Positions 1-13,739 of a stretch of 64,000 nucleotides of DNA are shown piece by piece. Position 1 is the first letter of the stretch; every line of letters starts with the position of its first letter. Made by a program: the position numbers and the translations under genes. Below the pieces are notes generated by a model. That model saw nothing but the letters and a program-made list of their open reading frames with translations. It ran no database searches and was not told the origin of the DNA. The stretch comes from Octopus vulgaris (taxonomy: Eukaryota): NCBI GenBank assembly GCA_951406725.2, contig OX597822.1, positions 58,776,001 through 58,840,000 on the forward strand, read 5' to 3'.

Positions 1-195
1 AACTTATGACCTTATGATTGTGAGCTGAATACCCTAACTACTAAGACACATAGCATCACTCCCAAGTTTGTAACATATGTTATAGATTAAGCAAACATAT
101 ACATGCATATGCATATAGAAATATTAAAAGAAATTTTTTAATTGCTTAGTAAACTGCAGTTTAAAGATACATCTTTCTGATTTAATATGAGCAAA

Positions 196-552
196 TCTTT
201 ATATATAAAGCTGAAGTTGTCTGTGTGTGGCAGGTTTGGTAGCCTTTAACTAACAATATCTCCTTTGAGATCCTGCGGCGCAAGTTGACCAAAATTGACA
301 GTATGATAGAAGAAGGCTTGCTCTTCATTCTGTAGAAGAAAAAATTCAAGGTGCTTTTTTTCTATGAAAATCCCTATTTTTTTACGATTTTTTTACTGCT
401 ATGTCGACATTTTTCAGTGTATTTCAACCAGAAAAATGTTCACTTAATTATTATAACAAGCTACATAATGCAAAATTTTTACTTTTCAAAAATTCCGATT
501 CTAAAGGGTCGAAAAGAAAACAAACCCAAGCAACGCTGGGCTATACTACTAG
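196..552 (+). mobile_element. Non-autonomous Helitron-like element
   Basis: Starts A|TC (196). Ends with GC hairpin cccaagc-aac-gctggg followed by CTAG|T (549-552). Same 5' (tc..tatatataaa) and 3' signatures as 44796-45196. Confidence 0.7.
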
Positions 553-824
553 TGCATTGATAATGTTGGAAATGTTTGTTTCACACAGATGCTCCTCTTT
601 GATTACAGTGAGATTAGATTCGACCTCTTTTTTTTTTGTGCTATGGAACTCCTTGGCTCATTTGCAAATTGTCATTTTCTGCTGCAGCTTGATAACCACA
701 AGTGACAAATAGATGGCCAAAGCATTTTATATATTTGCAAAACAAAACGTAAATAAGAAATGGCCATGATAAAGATGTAGCCAAACAAGGTCTTGCATGA
801 TGCCAATATAAGAAGCAAGATTAC

Positions 825-1015
825 AGCAGCAAGCTGGCAGAATCATTAGCATTTTGTCTGTCTTCACATTCTGAGTTCAAAATCCTCTGAGATCAACTTT
901 GCCTTTCATCTTTCCAGGGTTGATAGAATAAATATCAGTTGAACATTAGAGTTAATGTAATCAGCTTATCCCCTCCTAAGAAATTGCTGGCCTTGTGCAA
1001 TAATTTGAAATCAAT
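825..1015 (+). mobile_element. tRNA-derived SINE, family B, CpG-depleted copy
   Basis: gcaagctggcagaatcattagc...ttctgagttcaaa (B-box-like)...tttgcctttcatc, shared with more than 10 other copies in the window. Confidence 0.75.
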
Positions 1016-3582
1016 ATGAGAAGCAAGATCAGTTTTAAACTGTTTTGTAAACTCCCCAAACTCTTCACCAAGACTTTATACCAGATCTTCTGAAAGTCAT
1101 TTCAACAAGATTTGAAGACCATTGTTTTGTCTTTTATTACTTGTTCTAGACATTGGAGTATGGTCATACTGGGGCATTGCTTTGAAAGATTTTTAGTCAG
1201 ACAAATTTCCCCCAGTACCTAATGAGTACCTGGTACTTATTCTATCAGTCTCCTTTGCTGAACTGGTAAGTTATGGGGACATCAGAACAATATTGGTTGC
1301 CAAGTGGTGCGGAGGATAAACAGACACAAACACACACACGTATTTAAGAAGAGCTTCCGCAGTTTCTGTCTACCAAATTCACTCATGAGGTAGGGATATA
1401 GTATGCTCAAAGTGCCATACCTGTAACAGATGAAGGAATCTGAATATATGATTCATCTTTGGTAAGTTTTCCAGTGTTTTGAGATGGACAAAAAGCAATC
1501 AAATAATAACTTATAAAAAGGTATCTGTGATTTAACAAGTTGTTCAAGAGTGATAAAACTTACTGAAATCATCACTTGTGATTTTGCTCATAATCTCTTA
1601 CAGTTTGTTGTTGGTAATCTTCACATACACGGTTAGTTCCTTAGTTTATTTGCTCAATGCTTGAAAAAGTAGACTACTGTGCTTGCATAAATCCATGCAA
1701 AAATTCATGGAGTGAACAAGCTGTGATCAAATCTTGGTCATATGATTGCTCAAGAAGCACAAGAAATTTGGAAATACTGTAATACTTCATACTGGCCATT
1801 AGACTTGTTTCGAAGTCCTTGATGGTTGGAATCCACAAGTCAGTGGTTGATACTCTCTCTCTTCTGACCACTTTTATTTTATATATCATTCAAGAGCTAT
1901 TTTAATAATTACAATAAAAAAAAACACCACCTAAAAGCCCCCACCAAAAAAAAAACAAAACAAACAAAAACAAATAACTCCCTGTGTAAAATGTTCATTT
2001 GTTGCATCTACACTAACTGACCACTTGGTGTCTGGTATTCTTTTCACAATGAACATATATCACTTGTGTGATGATAATAAACCATATCTATATATTTGCA
2101 AGGTGTTGTTATACCATTCATACACAGCCTCAATCAACAGCAAACACTGACAAACACCTAGAGACAAATTCTAAACCTAAAATCACAAAGCTTAAAAGCT
2201 ACATTACACAAACTCGCAAAAAGTTCAGCATTGTTACCTAAGCAACTAAACTACATTATCACCACCATCATCATCAATATAACATCCAATTTCTCATGGC
2301 TACATGGGTCAAACGAAATTTGTTGAGGTAAATTTCCTATGGCAAGGCAATAACCCCCTAATCTACAGCAAAGTCTGAGCACAGATATGACCCTTTTGTT
2401 TACACAACATGTCAAGACATGTCAAAAAGTCTATATATTCTTGTGTGGCTGACAGCACAAATTAAATATTCTCACTTGATATTCTCAACACCAACATGGT
2501 GTACATTTTCTTCTTTTTTTTTTATTTGTGGTCTAACATTGAAAATGTGACTATATTGATTAAAATTTTTTATTTGTGCTATTAGAAATGTACACAATAA
2601 AATACCTTGTCTGATTTAATTTAATGAGAGTGATTAGCATCACACTGTCTATAATATAATTATAGGTGCAGGTATGTATGCATCAGTGAGACTCTTGCTT
2701 CCTAACCATGTAAGGTGTTGTTGTCGGTTTGGTGGAATATGAAAGGTTTAGCCCACTTTAAAACTTTTGAACCCAAACCAAATGATAACAAAGGAGATCT
2801 ACAGTGAGCAGCTAGATGCCCTTCCTAACACCAACCACTTTGAGAGTGTAGTGGGTGCTTTTACATGCCACCAGCATGAGGGCCAGTCAGGTGGTACTGG
2901 CAATGGCCATGCTCAAATGGTGTTTTTTTACATGCCACCTGCACAAGTCCAGCGGCACTGGCAACGATCACACTCGGATCGTGCTCTTAGTGCTCCATTA
3001 GCATAGATGCCAGTCATGCAGTGCTGTCATCAAATTTGATTTCGATTTCACTTGTCTCAACAGGTCATCGCAAATAGAGTTTAGTGTCCAATGAAGGAAA
3101 AGAACATATAAGAGGGCTGGTTACACCATTGGCCATGGGTTATGGTCTCACTTGGCTTGCCGGGTCTTCTCAAGCACAGCATATTTCCAAAGGTCTCGGT
3201 CACTAGTCATTGTCTCATCCCAGGTCTTCTTGAGTCTACCTCTTCTGCAGGTTCCCTCAACCACTAGGGTGTGACACTTTTTCTGAGGTTGTTTGTTTCC
3301 AGTCTTCTGTGAAAAACATGCCTAGCTACAGGAAAGTATTATCTTGTTTGAAAACAAGTGAGGATTGGTAACAAGAAGGACATTTGGATGTAGAAAATCT
3401 TTGTCAATAAATTCCATCTGACCCATGAGACCCTGGAAAAGTAGATGCTAAATGCTAATGATGATAATTCATTCGACTGATCTTATTTATGAGCAAAAGT
3501 ATAGTTCTATTAATTAGCCTGTGACATTAATGAAACAACTTTGTCCATTTATCATAGCCACTCAAGTAGATTATTGAAATAT

Positions 3583-3799
3583 TGGTTTCAAATTCTGGCA
3601 CAAAGCCGGCAAGTTCAGAGGAGGGAACAAGTCAATTACATCAAGCCCAATACTCAACAGGTACTTAATTTATCGACCCTGAAAGGATGAAAGGCAAAGT
3701 TGACCTCTGTGGAATTTGAACTCTGATCATAAAAACAAATGAAATACCACCAAACATTTTGCCTGGCGTGCTAATGATTCTGTAAGCTTGCCGCCTGAG
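3583..3799 (-). mobile_element. SINE family B with 11-bp TSD
   Basis: Flanked by tattgaaatat at 3572-3582 and 3800-3810. The paralogous empty site is visible at about 4194-4205. Confidence 0.8.
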
Positions 3800-5213
3800 T
3801 ATTGAAATATAACTAATTTGAATTAAAGTGTATTGGAATCCCTAGAATTGGATCACCCTTAAACACTCAGTTATTTATAAAAGTTGAAGGTAAAAGAGTA
3901 TTAATGGTTAGTACAGAGTCACTGAATTGGATTTGATGGCCTGCAAGCATTTAGCACAGTGTCTATAGCATATGCAATTCCTGCAACAAAATTAGCCTGA
4001 TCCGGGAAATAACTACAATTGAGAATCAAAATTTGTTCACAACCTATTTTAACTCTTTAGCATTTGAACTGATCATGTCTGATCCAAATGTTTTATCTGT
4101 TTTAAATTTGGGAGAAAAATCATAGTAATCAATTAAGTAGCATGCAACATTAATAAAGCAAATCTGTCCATTTATCATTGCTACACAAATAGATTATTGA
4201 AATATAACTAATTTAAAGTGTGTTGGGTGTTGGAATCCCTAGTATTGATAGGATCACCCTTAAACAGTGAGTCATTTATAAAAGTTGAAGGCAATAGGTA
4301 CTAACATTTAGTACAGTTTTAAACTGACAAGATCCAGCCTCTCACACCTACCCTACAATGTCATTCTAAAAATAAGCAATCACATTACTGGAATCCTGAA
4401 GCTATGAGATAATGTATAATTAATTCAAAAGAATGTGACTAGATAAGCATTACATCTGAATGCTAAAGGGTAAATTACTCCACTGCACAACTTATGTAAG
4501 CCAGCAAGAGATCCTACACATGGTCACTCAACCTGCTAAAAGTAGCAGACAAATCTCCTTTAAAACATATGCTATTACCCTCTTGTACTCTTTTGCCCCA
4601 GCTTTCTCACACTCTCTCTTCCTGTTTCTTGAGTAACGCTGCGATGGACTGGCATCCCATCCAGCTGGGGGGGGGACACACACACACATATGCCACAGAA
4701 ACTGGGCCCATGAGCCTGGTTAGGTTTGAAAATGGCGCATAAATAAATAAACGAGTATATTTGGTATAAATTTGGGCATTACGGAAATGAGCAGTAGAAG
4801 AATGATCAAGAATAATATAGAGGTCGCTGAAAAAGCATCTAGATTGGAGTGATTGATCAAGGTTAGTAGAATGTCACTTTTGATATGCTTGTTCAGATTA
4901 GGTTGGGTCACCTTGATGATGGTGTCTGCTGCAAAACCTAAAAGACTCAGTGAGCTCAAAGTATAACACTGACGTATCCCAAATATTGCATTTGTAGATA
5001 TATGTTGAACTGAAGAGTACAAATATATTTTATCATTTATTTGTTTCAGTCATCAGACTGCAGCCATGCTGGGGTACAGCCTTGACACTGCTACTTATTT
5101 TATCAGTCGCTTTTTGCCGAACTGTTAAGTTACGGCGACGTAAACACACAAACACCGGTTGTCAAACGTTAGTGGGGGACAAACATAGACAGAAACACAC
5201 ACATAGGTATATG

Positions 5214-5244
<31 letters not shown>

Positions 5245-8200
5245 GACGAGCTTCTTTCAGTTTCCGTCTACCAAACTGGTAGACCAGAGGCTATAGCAGA
5301 AGGTGCCATGCTGTGGGACTGAAACGGGGAACTGGCATTCTTTCGATATAACTCGACAAAATCAAAATATTTCACTTCGGGTATTTCCGTAGAAGCAAAT
5401 GACAGAGCGATTCTGTTTCCTGCTTGGGAAATTTACAGATCTTACAAACACGAACGAAAAAGGTAAGAACAAATATGCAAGGCTTTTTTTCTTCAAGTTT
5501 AAAACGAGACATTGCTGACATAATTTCGTTGTAGCTATACTCCACAACTCAAGGAAATACTCAAAGTGAAATGTTTTGATTTTGTCGAGTTATATCGAAA
5601 GAATGCCGGGGAACCATGTGGTTGGGAAACAAACCTCTTACCACAGAGCCACGATGGGCCTATATTTGAAACCACAAATGTTTGTCGTTTCAGTTTCAAT
5701 AGATCTAGGATCGACATCTAAAACGTAGGAATCCGAAAAAGTTTAACCCCCCCCCATTTTTCAAGGAGAGGTGCGAAACTATTAGACCCATATATTCATA
5801 CACAAAGAATGAGGAATTTACCGAGATTGATTTAGCAGGCGTTAAGATTGGGAGTGTAGCTCGAGTAGATTAAAAAAAAAAAAATCTTTCTGAATGGCAG
5901 AATTGGTAGAGCATCGAACAAATAGCTTTTGTGCTAAAAATTCAAATCTTGCCAAGGTCGATTTTTTATTTTAGCATCGTATTTTTCTGGGAAGGTTGTT
6001 TTCTAACAACGCTTGATTTGTGTCTACTTCTTGCTAAAAGCAACATAGTTCAAACCGGATCTACTGAATAACTTGTTCACATCGGAGGGACGGATTAAAA
6101 GGCAAAAATGGAGAAGGAAGTAACTAAATACCAGAAAGAATTTTGCAGTGTTTTAACCTTTTCATATACAACTGTAACATGCATCTACATACATATGTAC
6201 GTCACACACACACAGGTCGACACGTGCTTCCCAACATAAATAAAATATCGGTTATCACTGAGTCTAACAGATACGAATGGAAACTGTTCTAGCCATGCCT
6301 ATCTCGCCTTTTAAAATTTTTTTTTCAGATATGGTGTATGTAGAAAGCTATCATTTCAATATGACCTTCTAGGTTTTAAGGCGGCATAGAATGATCTGAA
6401 GAATATTTTGTGTGCTATTTCTAGCAGGTCGGCCGACCGCATAGGTTCGTGCTTGCATGCCCGTTGATAAGTAATATAAGTGGAATAAATTTTATGCTGA
6501 GTGATATAAAATTTCATTCTACTGTTTAAATTATTTCTAGTACTTTTTGCCAACACACAAAAAAATCATTAGTTACCGCAGATATATGTGTGTTATCAAC
6601 TCTGATCGAACAGTTCTATAATCAAAGATATTTCAACCGTGACCATCTCATCGATTCCTTATGTGCTAGGAACCCAGGACTACATTATCCAACATATCCT
6701 TTTCTAAGACAGTAGAACTTGGTTGCTTTTTCAGTAGGTCCAGCGATAATATAGGGACTACCAAGTGCGTACATATATGAGTGAGAGAAAGAATGTGATA
6801 GAGAGGGAAAGATGTTGATTGAGTGAGGGAGGATGTTTATACAACTTAGACGCGAATGGTGTGTATACTTGTGTGAGACAAGAGATACATATGTAGATCT
6901 GAAGTCTAAGAGTGGTTCCATATCACAGGAAAAAAAGGTAAATAAATAACAAATATGCAGAAAATGGTCTAAACCAACATATAGGTTGTTATTTCTTTAA
7001 CAGAACTGGAGTTCTGTTAAAAAGCAAAAAACTGACCTATTCGGTTACATGTCAAGTTCCATGAAATTCTTTGGTTTCAAAGAACGAGGAATTTTTTGAG
7101 GATCCGCCATAACTTTCGGGAACAACTTTCTTGAAAAAAAGAAAAAGAAAGACGAAAGTCCTTCAAAAAACAGCAGAAATTGTAAGGAGGAGAAAATGAC
7201 CCCTTTTTTTCGTCTACATTACAGTCGGGTAATTGTATAAAATTAAAATAAAATAGCGTGACTTGCCTATAAGTAGAATAAATCTTGTCAGGATAAACAT
7301 GATGGATGCATTCGCTACTCAAGGTAGAATAGAAATGAAGATTAGAGCGTATAGAAGTGTGAAGCGAATGTGTGTTATACAGTGTTATGTGCGAATGTGT
7401 TTTCCCGTTTCCTATATCACTTGCCAAGCCTTCGCATGTCTTAAAGACAAGTGGATGTAGATGTGTATGTATGATGCTGTATGTATGTAATGTAAATTAA
7501 TTCAATATGTGCAGGCCTCGTAGCGCGCAAGTGTATTAAGGATTTGATGTGTTATATTCTGTTTTGCGTGAGCGTCGGGAGTGATGAGATGAGTTTTTAA
7601 GTGATCTTTTAACAATAGTCTCTATTAACCATTGTCTGACAAGAAAAACAAAACAAAACAACCTTTTATTTTCATTGTGGAAACCACTCCATGATGCATA
7701 GAGGGAGATGAGAAATACAATTTATCGTTTGTATTTCAATTTTGTTAAACAAAATTCTTTCAATTCTTTTGGAGGAAGAAACGATTTAAAAATCCAAAGG
7801 GAAGAAGCAAATTAAAACAATGGACAATTAAATTTTAATTATCCCTGTTGGCTAGCCCTGTTTGAGTAAGATATATGATCAAAGGCATTTTTAACTGCTG
7901 TGATCATATCTTTTTTTTAGACTACATCCTATAATGTGCCCTTCTCCTTTGGATTGTGATTTGGTCGCTGTTTCTAGCACGTCTAGCATCCACTTTAGAA
8001 TTTGTTAGTTTGATACGGTCACCAAAAGAGTAAAATTGTGTTTGTGCTTAAGGGTAAACCATTCTACCATATTTTTGTTTCAATATCTAGAGAAAGGATT
8101 CATGTCTATAACCTTCACTCGCATTATAAGATCGATGAGATTGATATTCATCATCGTTTAATGTCCATTTTCCCATGCTGACATGGGTTGGACGGTTTAG

Positions 8201-8539
8201 GAGCTGACAAGCCAAGGGATTGCATCAAGTTTTACTGTCTGTTTTTGCATGATGTTTATGGCTGGATGCCTTTCCTAATGCCGACCACTTTACGGAGTGG
8301 ACTGGGTGGTTTTTTACATGGCGCCAACACTGGTGGTGTCTGTTTTGGCATGGTTTTTATGGCTAGATGTCATTCTTAATGCTGAATAGGGATAAATTAC
8401 CAGAAGGTTGAGATTCTGAGAATGAAAGAGTGGGTAAATGGTCAGAGTGGTACCTGGGTAGGAAGGGAATATAATATATGGTGAAGTGAAATGATTGGAC
8501 CTTGGTAGAGGGTAGCACAACATACAGACAGGGAATTTG

Positions 8540-8887
8540 CTACTGAGGGGATGAAAGACTGTAGGACCTTCTACCATAGAGAAAAGGTTTTTGCTGAAGT
8601 GCAATAACATTGCTTCCTCTTTCTGGAGATCTCAAGAGGACAGGGCCACTAGTAACACACTGGTCCTGTTCTTCTATAAATTTGGCTTCATGAAAGCTGT
8701 GCAGGTGCTTACTGTGGAGGGAGATAAATTCAAAATGCTTGCTTATTATCATTTCTGTCAGTAAGGGCGATGGCCTGGCCATGTCTGACAGTAAGAAAGA
8801 GATGAAGGGTGTTTGGTTTGGTTTGTTCAGGGATATTTGGAGGGCAGTAATTCCACATAAGAACACAAACTGTGACAGCACATCCAA
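8540..8887 (-). pseudogene. Possible highly decayed Penelope-like RT fragment
   Basis: MDVLSQF..GITALQISL..LLTEMIISKHFEF weakly resembles the PLE RT pattern DVxSLY..G..AL..L..LI...FEF. Confidence 0.3.
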
Positions 8888-9173
8888 TCCATGACCACAT
8901 GGAAAGCAGGTATAAAATGATGATACTGGTGGAGATGAGGCAGGCTCAGATAAACCATTAATATAAGTCTATGTATTGAGCATCAACAAAAGGATAGATA
9001 CACACCACAGTTTTAAATAACCGGAGAGAAAGCTGAATTGGTATGGCCATGTAAAGCATATGGAGGAGGACAGCTGTATAAAGATGTGACGTAACTGTAA
9101 AACAAGACTATCAAAGAGGTCAGTGATGCCAACTTGAAAGCAGATGTGTGTGCGTGCGTATATATATATATAT

Positions 9174-9535
9174 AGGTGCAGGAGTGGCTGTGTGGTAAGT
9201 AACTTGCTTACAAACCAAATGGTTCCAGGTTCATTCCCACTGCATGGCACCTTGGGCAAGTGTCTTCTACTATAGCCTCGGGCCGATCAAAGCCTTGTGA
9301 GTGGATTTGGTAGACAGAAACTGAAAGAAGCTTGTCGTATACTGTGTTTGTCCCCCCAACATCACTTGACAACCGATGCTGGTGTGTTTATGTCCATGAA
9401 ACTTAGCGGTTTGGCAAAAGAGACCGATAGAATAAGTACTAGGCTCACAAAAAGTAAGTCCTGGGGTGGATTTGCTCGACTAAAAATGGTGCTCCAGCAT
9501 GGCCGCAGTCAAATGACTGAAACAAGTAAAAGAGT
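9174..9535 (+). mobile_element. tRNA-derived SINE, family A (most abundant)
   Basis: Head ggtgcaggagtggctgtgtggtaag, B-box-like ggttcattccc, tail gaaacaagtaaaagag. Near-identical copies at 48619-49020, 53277-53680 and 57085-57473. Confidence 0.85.
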
Positions 9536-9652
9536 ATACACACACACACATGTATGTGTGTATATATATATACATATATATACACACACACATGTATGTG
9601 TATATATATATTTATATATATATATAAATTAAATTAGAGATAAAACCACTAT

Positions 9653-9929
9653 TAGGCAAAATCAAACAGTGAAAGACATAAACCAAAACATAAAAATAAA
9701 TATAATTAATATAATATACAAAATAAATAAAATTTAAAATTTATATTTTTATATTTTTTAAATTTAAAATTTATAAATTTTTAATTAATTAATTATTTTT
9801 TTTAACTATTAAAAAGTTTATTAATATAAATATAAATTTAAAATTTAAATTTTATTTATTTTGTATATTATATTAATTATATTTATTTTTATGTTTTGGT
9901 TTATGTCTTTCATTGTTTGATTTTGCCTA
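9653..9929. repeat. Inverted repeat (about 90-bp arms) next to a (TA)n tract, Penelope-pLTR-like
   Basis: taggcaaaatcaaacagtgaaagacataaacc... is the reverse complement of ...ggtttatgtctttcattgtttgattttgccta. Confidence 0.8.
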
Positions 9930-11474
9930 TGTATCAGCTGCCAAGTTGGCATCACTTGCCTTTTTGATAGCTTCTTGTCCATGTATGGCTTGACACTTAT
10001 CTCATGTCACTTGAACCACATCCTGATTACTCATTTGTTTATTGCTCATATCACTGTCGCCCATGTCTCTTTTACTGATACCTTTATTTCACTTGTTTTT
10101 CCCACCCAAACCTTTATTCTTCATCTTCTGTTGGTCATACACAGCATCCTTCCACCCATATCTGTTACTCATCTCTCAATCACTCTTTCCTTTTCTCAGT
10201 ATTACTGTGCTACGCATCCAGTGTAACTAAAAATACCACCACATGTTATCTATCTATCTATCTATCCAATGCTCTTTCCTGCTCTTCACTGATACAGGAT
10301 CTCACTTAACTTCCATTCTCCCTGCCTCCACCATCATCACTTGACCTCTCTGGCTCACCTTGAAGCTTGTGAATTGGTTGCAACACTTGTATCCAGTACA
10401 CCCTACCTTCACTCTCCCTCCTCTACTGTAATCACTCTTCCATTATACTCTTGCTGTTTACCCACTACATATCCTGGGTCTTTGTCATCGCTATCTTCTG
10501 GGTCACACAAATTTCTGTCATTGTCCTGCTGTCTCAATCACAGGGCCTTGACAATACATACCTCATCATTTAACATCTGTTTTCCATGATGGTATGGGTC
10601 GGATGATTTGACTGGAGCTGGTAAGGCCAGGAGCTGCATCAAGCTCCATCGTTTGTTCTGGCATGGTTTTTACAGCTGGATGCCCTTCCTAATGCCAACC
10701 AATCCACAGAGTGTACTGGATGCTTTTTAAGTGGCATCAGCACCAATTCTGTTGTGGTGCATAGGTCTTGTTGAGTACAACAGTGTGCCAGATATCTCAG
10801 TCCTTAGTCATCACCTTCGTAAGGCTCAGTGTTTTGAAATTGGCCTTCAATACTTTGTCAAGGCCAATTTCAGAATGTTGAGAACTCTTATCACTATGTT
10901 CAGTGCCTTAATCATTCATGATTCACACTTGATAAAGAAGCTGACAAGCAAGTAGAGATGTGGGGTTTGTGAGGTCCTTTTATTCACGTTGACGAAAGTG
11001 TGTGGCTTAGTAGTTAGATTAATTGGCTCATGATCATAAAATTGTGAGTTCAATTCCTGGTAGTGTGTTGTGTCTGTAGGAAGTGAGGTTGGCGCTGGAT
11101 GGGCGCCTTACAATTCCTTACATAGTTGTGGTAAGGAAAATAGCGGGAACAAGAATCTCTGAACAAATAACAATATTTATTTTTCAGTCTGTACAAGCGT
11201 TGCATCTATGGACAATCGGTAGCCAGGTTGCCTTGGTGTGGAAACAGCAATGTGGGTTTAATCACAATTGTGAAGGCATTCTTCACAGATTTGCCGAAGT
11301 CGTGGATCGCCTTCAGAATTCCAGTCACGCGGAGCTGGTCAAGTCACATCTGGCTTGGTTGGCAGCAGGGGTAAAGAGAGAGAGAATGGTGGTCAAGCCT
11401 AGCTGCTGCTGATGACTGCGCATGCGCATAAGGGGCTTCCGGAAGGCTCTAATCCCTGCGCATGTGTGGATGAA

Positions 11475-13739
11475 GCAAGATATAAGAGAACCCGCAACTC
11501 ACAGGCCATGGTCCAACCAGATCAATGTGGACATGGCGAAAACAGGCCTCTGGAGGAGAAAACTATCCAAGCAGAGCACGAATGTGCTGTTGGATCTTGG
11601 AACGTTGGCACTTGGAACAAGTATGTGTCCAAGAAGTAATTGTGCAATGCATATTTGGCCAAAAAAACGAGCAGTGATAAGCTTAAGTATAGCAGTGATG
11701 CCTGAATCAACAAGGACTGCAGGGCCTCAAACACTGAGCATTAGTGATTCTCAGGCATGAGTGGCCTGGGAGAACCAGTAGAGATATCACTAAGAATAGC
11801 GCCTTTAGCCAACGGAAGCAGAAGATAGGCAAATTGACAACAGGATAACTTGGGCGAAGTTAAATCTAACTTCGCTAAGGCTGGTTGGTCCTGCAAGATG
11901 GCAGTCAAATCGATTGCAGCAGGAGATGAGAGAGAACAGACTGGAAGATGAGAAAGAGCGTCAGCAGGAACATTCTCTTTCCCAGGTATGTAACAAATGT
12001 CACTGGTAAGCTGTGAAATAAAATCCAAGTGATGGAAAGCACGAGGCAAGAGTTTGTTCATCTTAGATGCCAACATAAGAGGCTTGTGATCAGTATAGAT
12101 CACAAAATCTCGACCTTCGAGTTGATGTTGAAAATGCCGAACTGACAGGTAGGTCACCAAGAGCTCGCGATCAAAGGTGCTGTATCGCCTCTCAGCTGGT
12201 TGTAATTGGCGAGAAAAGAAAGGCAGAGGTCGAGTTTGGTCGTCCACTGTGTGTTGCAGCACAGCGCCAATCGCAGTGTCCGATGCATCCACAGTTAATG
12301 AGAGAGAAGCATCGGGAACCGAATGCACAAGCAAAGGGACAGAAGCTATTTCCTTCTTGATTGACCCGAAGGCAGATAATGCTTCAGCTAAGAGGGTGAT
12401 TTGACCGTCCTTTTTAGAAGTGTTCTTTAGTAGCTGGGTCAGAGGAAGTAGCTTATCTGCACAAACAAGTATAAAACGTCGATAGAAATTCACCATGCCG
12501 AGATAATGCCTCAACTAACGCAAGGAAGAAGGAGGTGTGATGCGTTGAATTGCATCGAATTTGGACAAGAGAGGTTTGATGCCACTTGAATTAATATGAT
12601 GGCCTAGAATGTCAAGAGAAGGTTGCCTGAAAACACACTTGTTGGGATTAATGCACACACCATAGGTGCGAAGATGCTGAAAAAGCTGAGACAAGTGCCA
12701 GCGATGATTCTCACGTGTGTCACTTGCAATGAGTATGTCATCAACATAAGCAAACACAAAATCAAGACCATGGACAACTTCATCAATGAAATGCTGGAAC
12801 GCACTTGTAGCGTTCCGCAAACCAAATCTCATATATAGAAACTGAAAACAACCAAAAGGAGTGGTAATGGCAGTTTTCGGAACATTGGCTGGGTTGACTG
12901 GTATCTGATGATAGGCATGAATGAGGTCAACTTTTGAAAAGATGGTACAGCCATGAAGATTTGCTGAAAAATCCTGAAGATTCCTTATAGGATATCCATC
13001 AGGTACCATTACTTCATTAAGATGCCTATAATCTCCCATTGGGCGAAAATCAGAATCTCCTTTACATGCCAAATGAAGGGGAGATGCCCAAGGGCTGGTG
13101 GAGGGGCGTATCAGGCCAAGTTGGAGCCTGTGCTCAAACTTGGCCCTAGCCGTTTTGAAATGGTCAGGTGCAAGACGTTGTGGATGTGAAAAAACAGGCG
13201 GCCCAGTAGTGGTAAGAAAATGGAAGGTCGAGTGCGCAGGCTTTGCCAGCTGAAAAGTAATGTCAACTAGCTCTGGAAAAGAAGCCAAAAGAGAATGAAA
13301 AGTATCTCCAGAAGTGGGAACAAAAAATGCCGGGCTAAGAACTACATTGGCAAAACCTCTAGTTGGCGTAGAGAGCGACGTAGAACCGTCAACAAGCCTC
13401 TGTTGCCTGACATCTACCAACAGATTAAAGTGGTTAAAAAAATCAGCTCCCAGAATAGGATACAGTATGTCCGCAATGACAAAAACCCATTGAAAATCTC
13501 GATGAAGATTAATATCCAGGTGTAAAGAAACCTGACCGAAAATAGCAATGGGATAGTGTGCAAAACAATGGAAGAACGCTTAGGCTTGTCTGTAGTGAGA
13601 TGAAGAGGCCAAATGCCACAAGAACCGGTGTCAACCATGAAAAATTTCTTCACACCAGATCTTTCACAAAGAATGCACGATAAGTAGAAAGGGAAGAGGA
13701 GGAACTTGACGTGCTCAACTCCTCTGATACTCGTTTCCC
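11475..13739 (-). pseudogene. Gypsy pol (PR, RT, RNase H, N-terminal part of IN), disrupted
   Basis: MVDTGS protease; RT SPWASPL..DYRHLN..YHQIP..FGLRNA..YVDD; RNase H TVDASD..YSTFDRELL..YTDHKPL..ADALS; IN zinc-finger region and HVHIDLVGP. Stops at 12515 and 11741 plus frameshifts. Confidence 0.92.

Noticed and set aside
1674-1889. 71-aa ORF in unique-looking sequence as a host exon
   Set aside because: No recognisable homology and no convincing pair of splice sites
4590-4745. Similarity to 38290-38435 as evidence that a 34-kb tandem duplication extends leftward
   Set aside because: Similarity stops at the SINE boundaries and the flanks are unrelated
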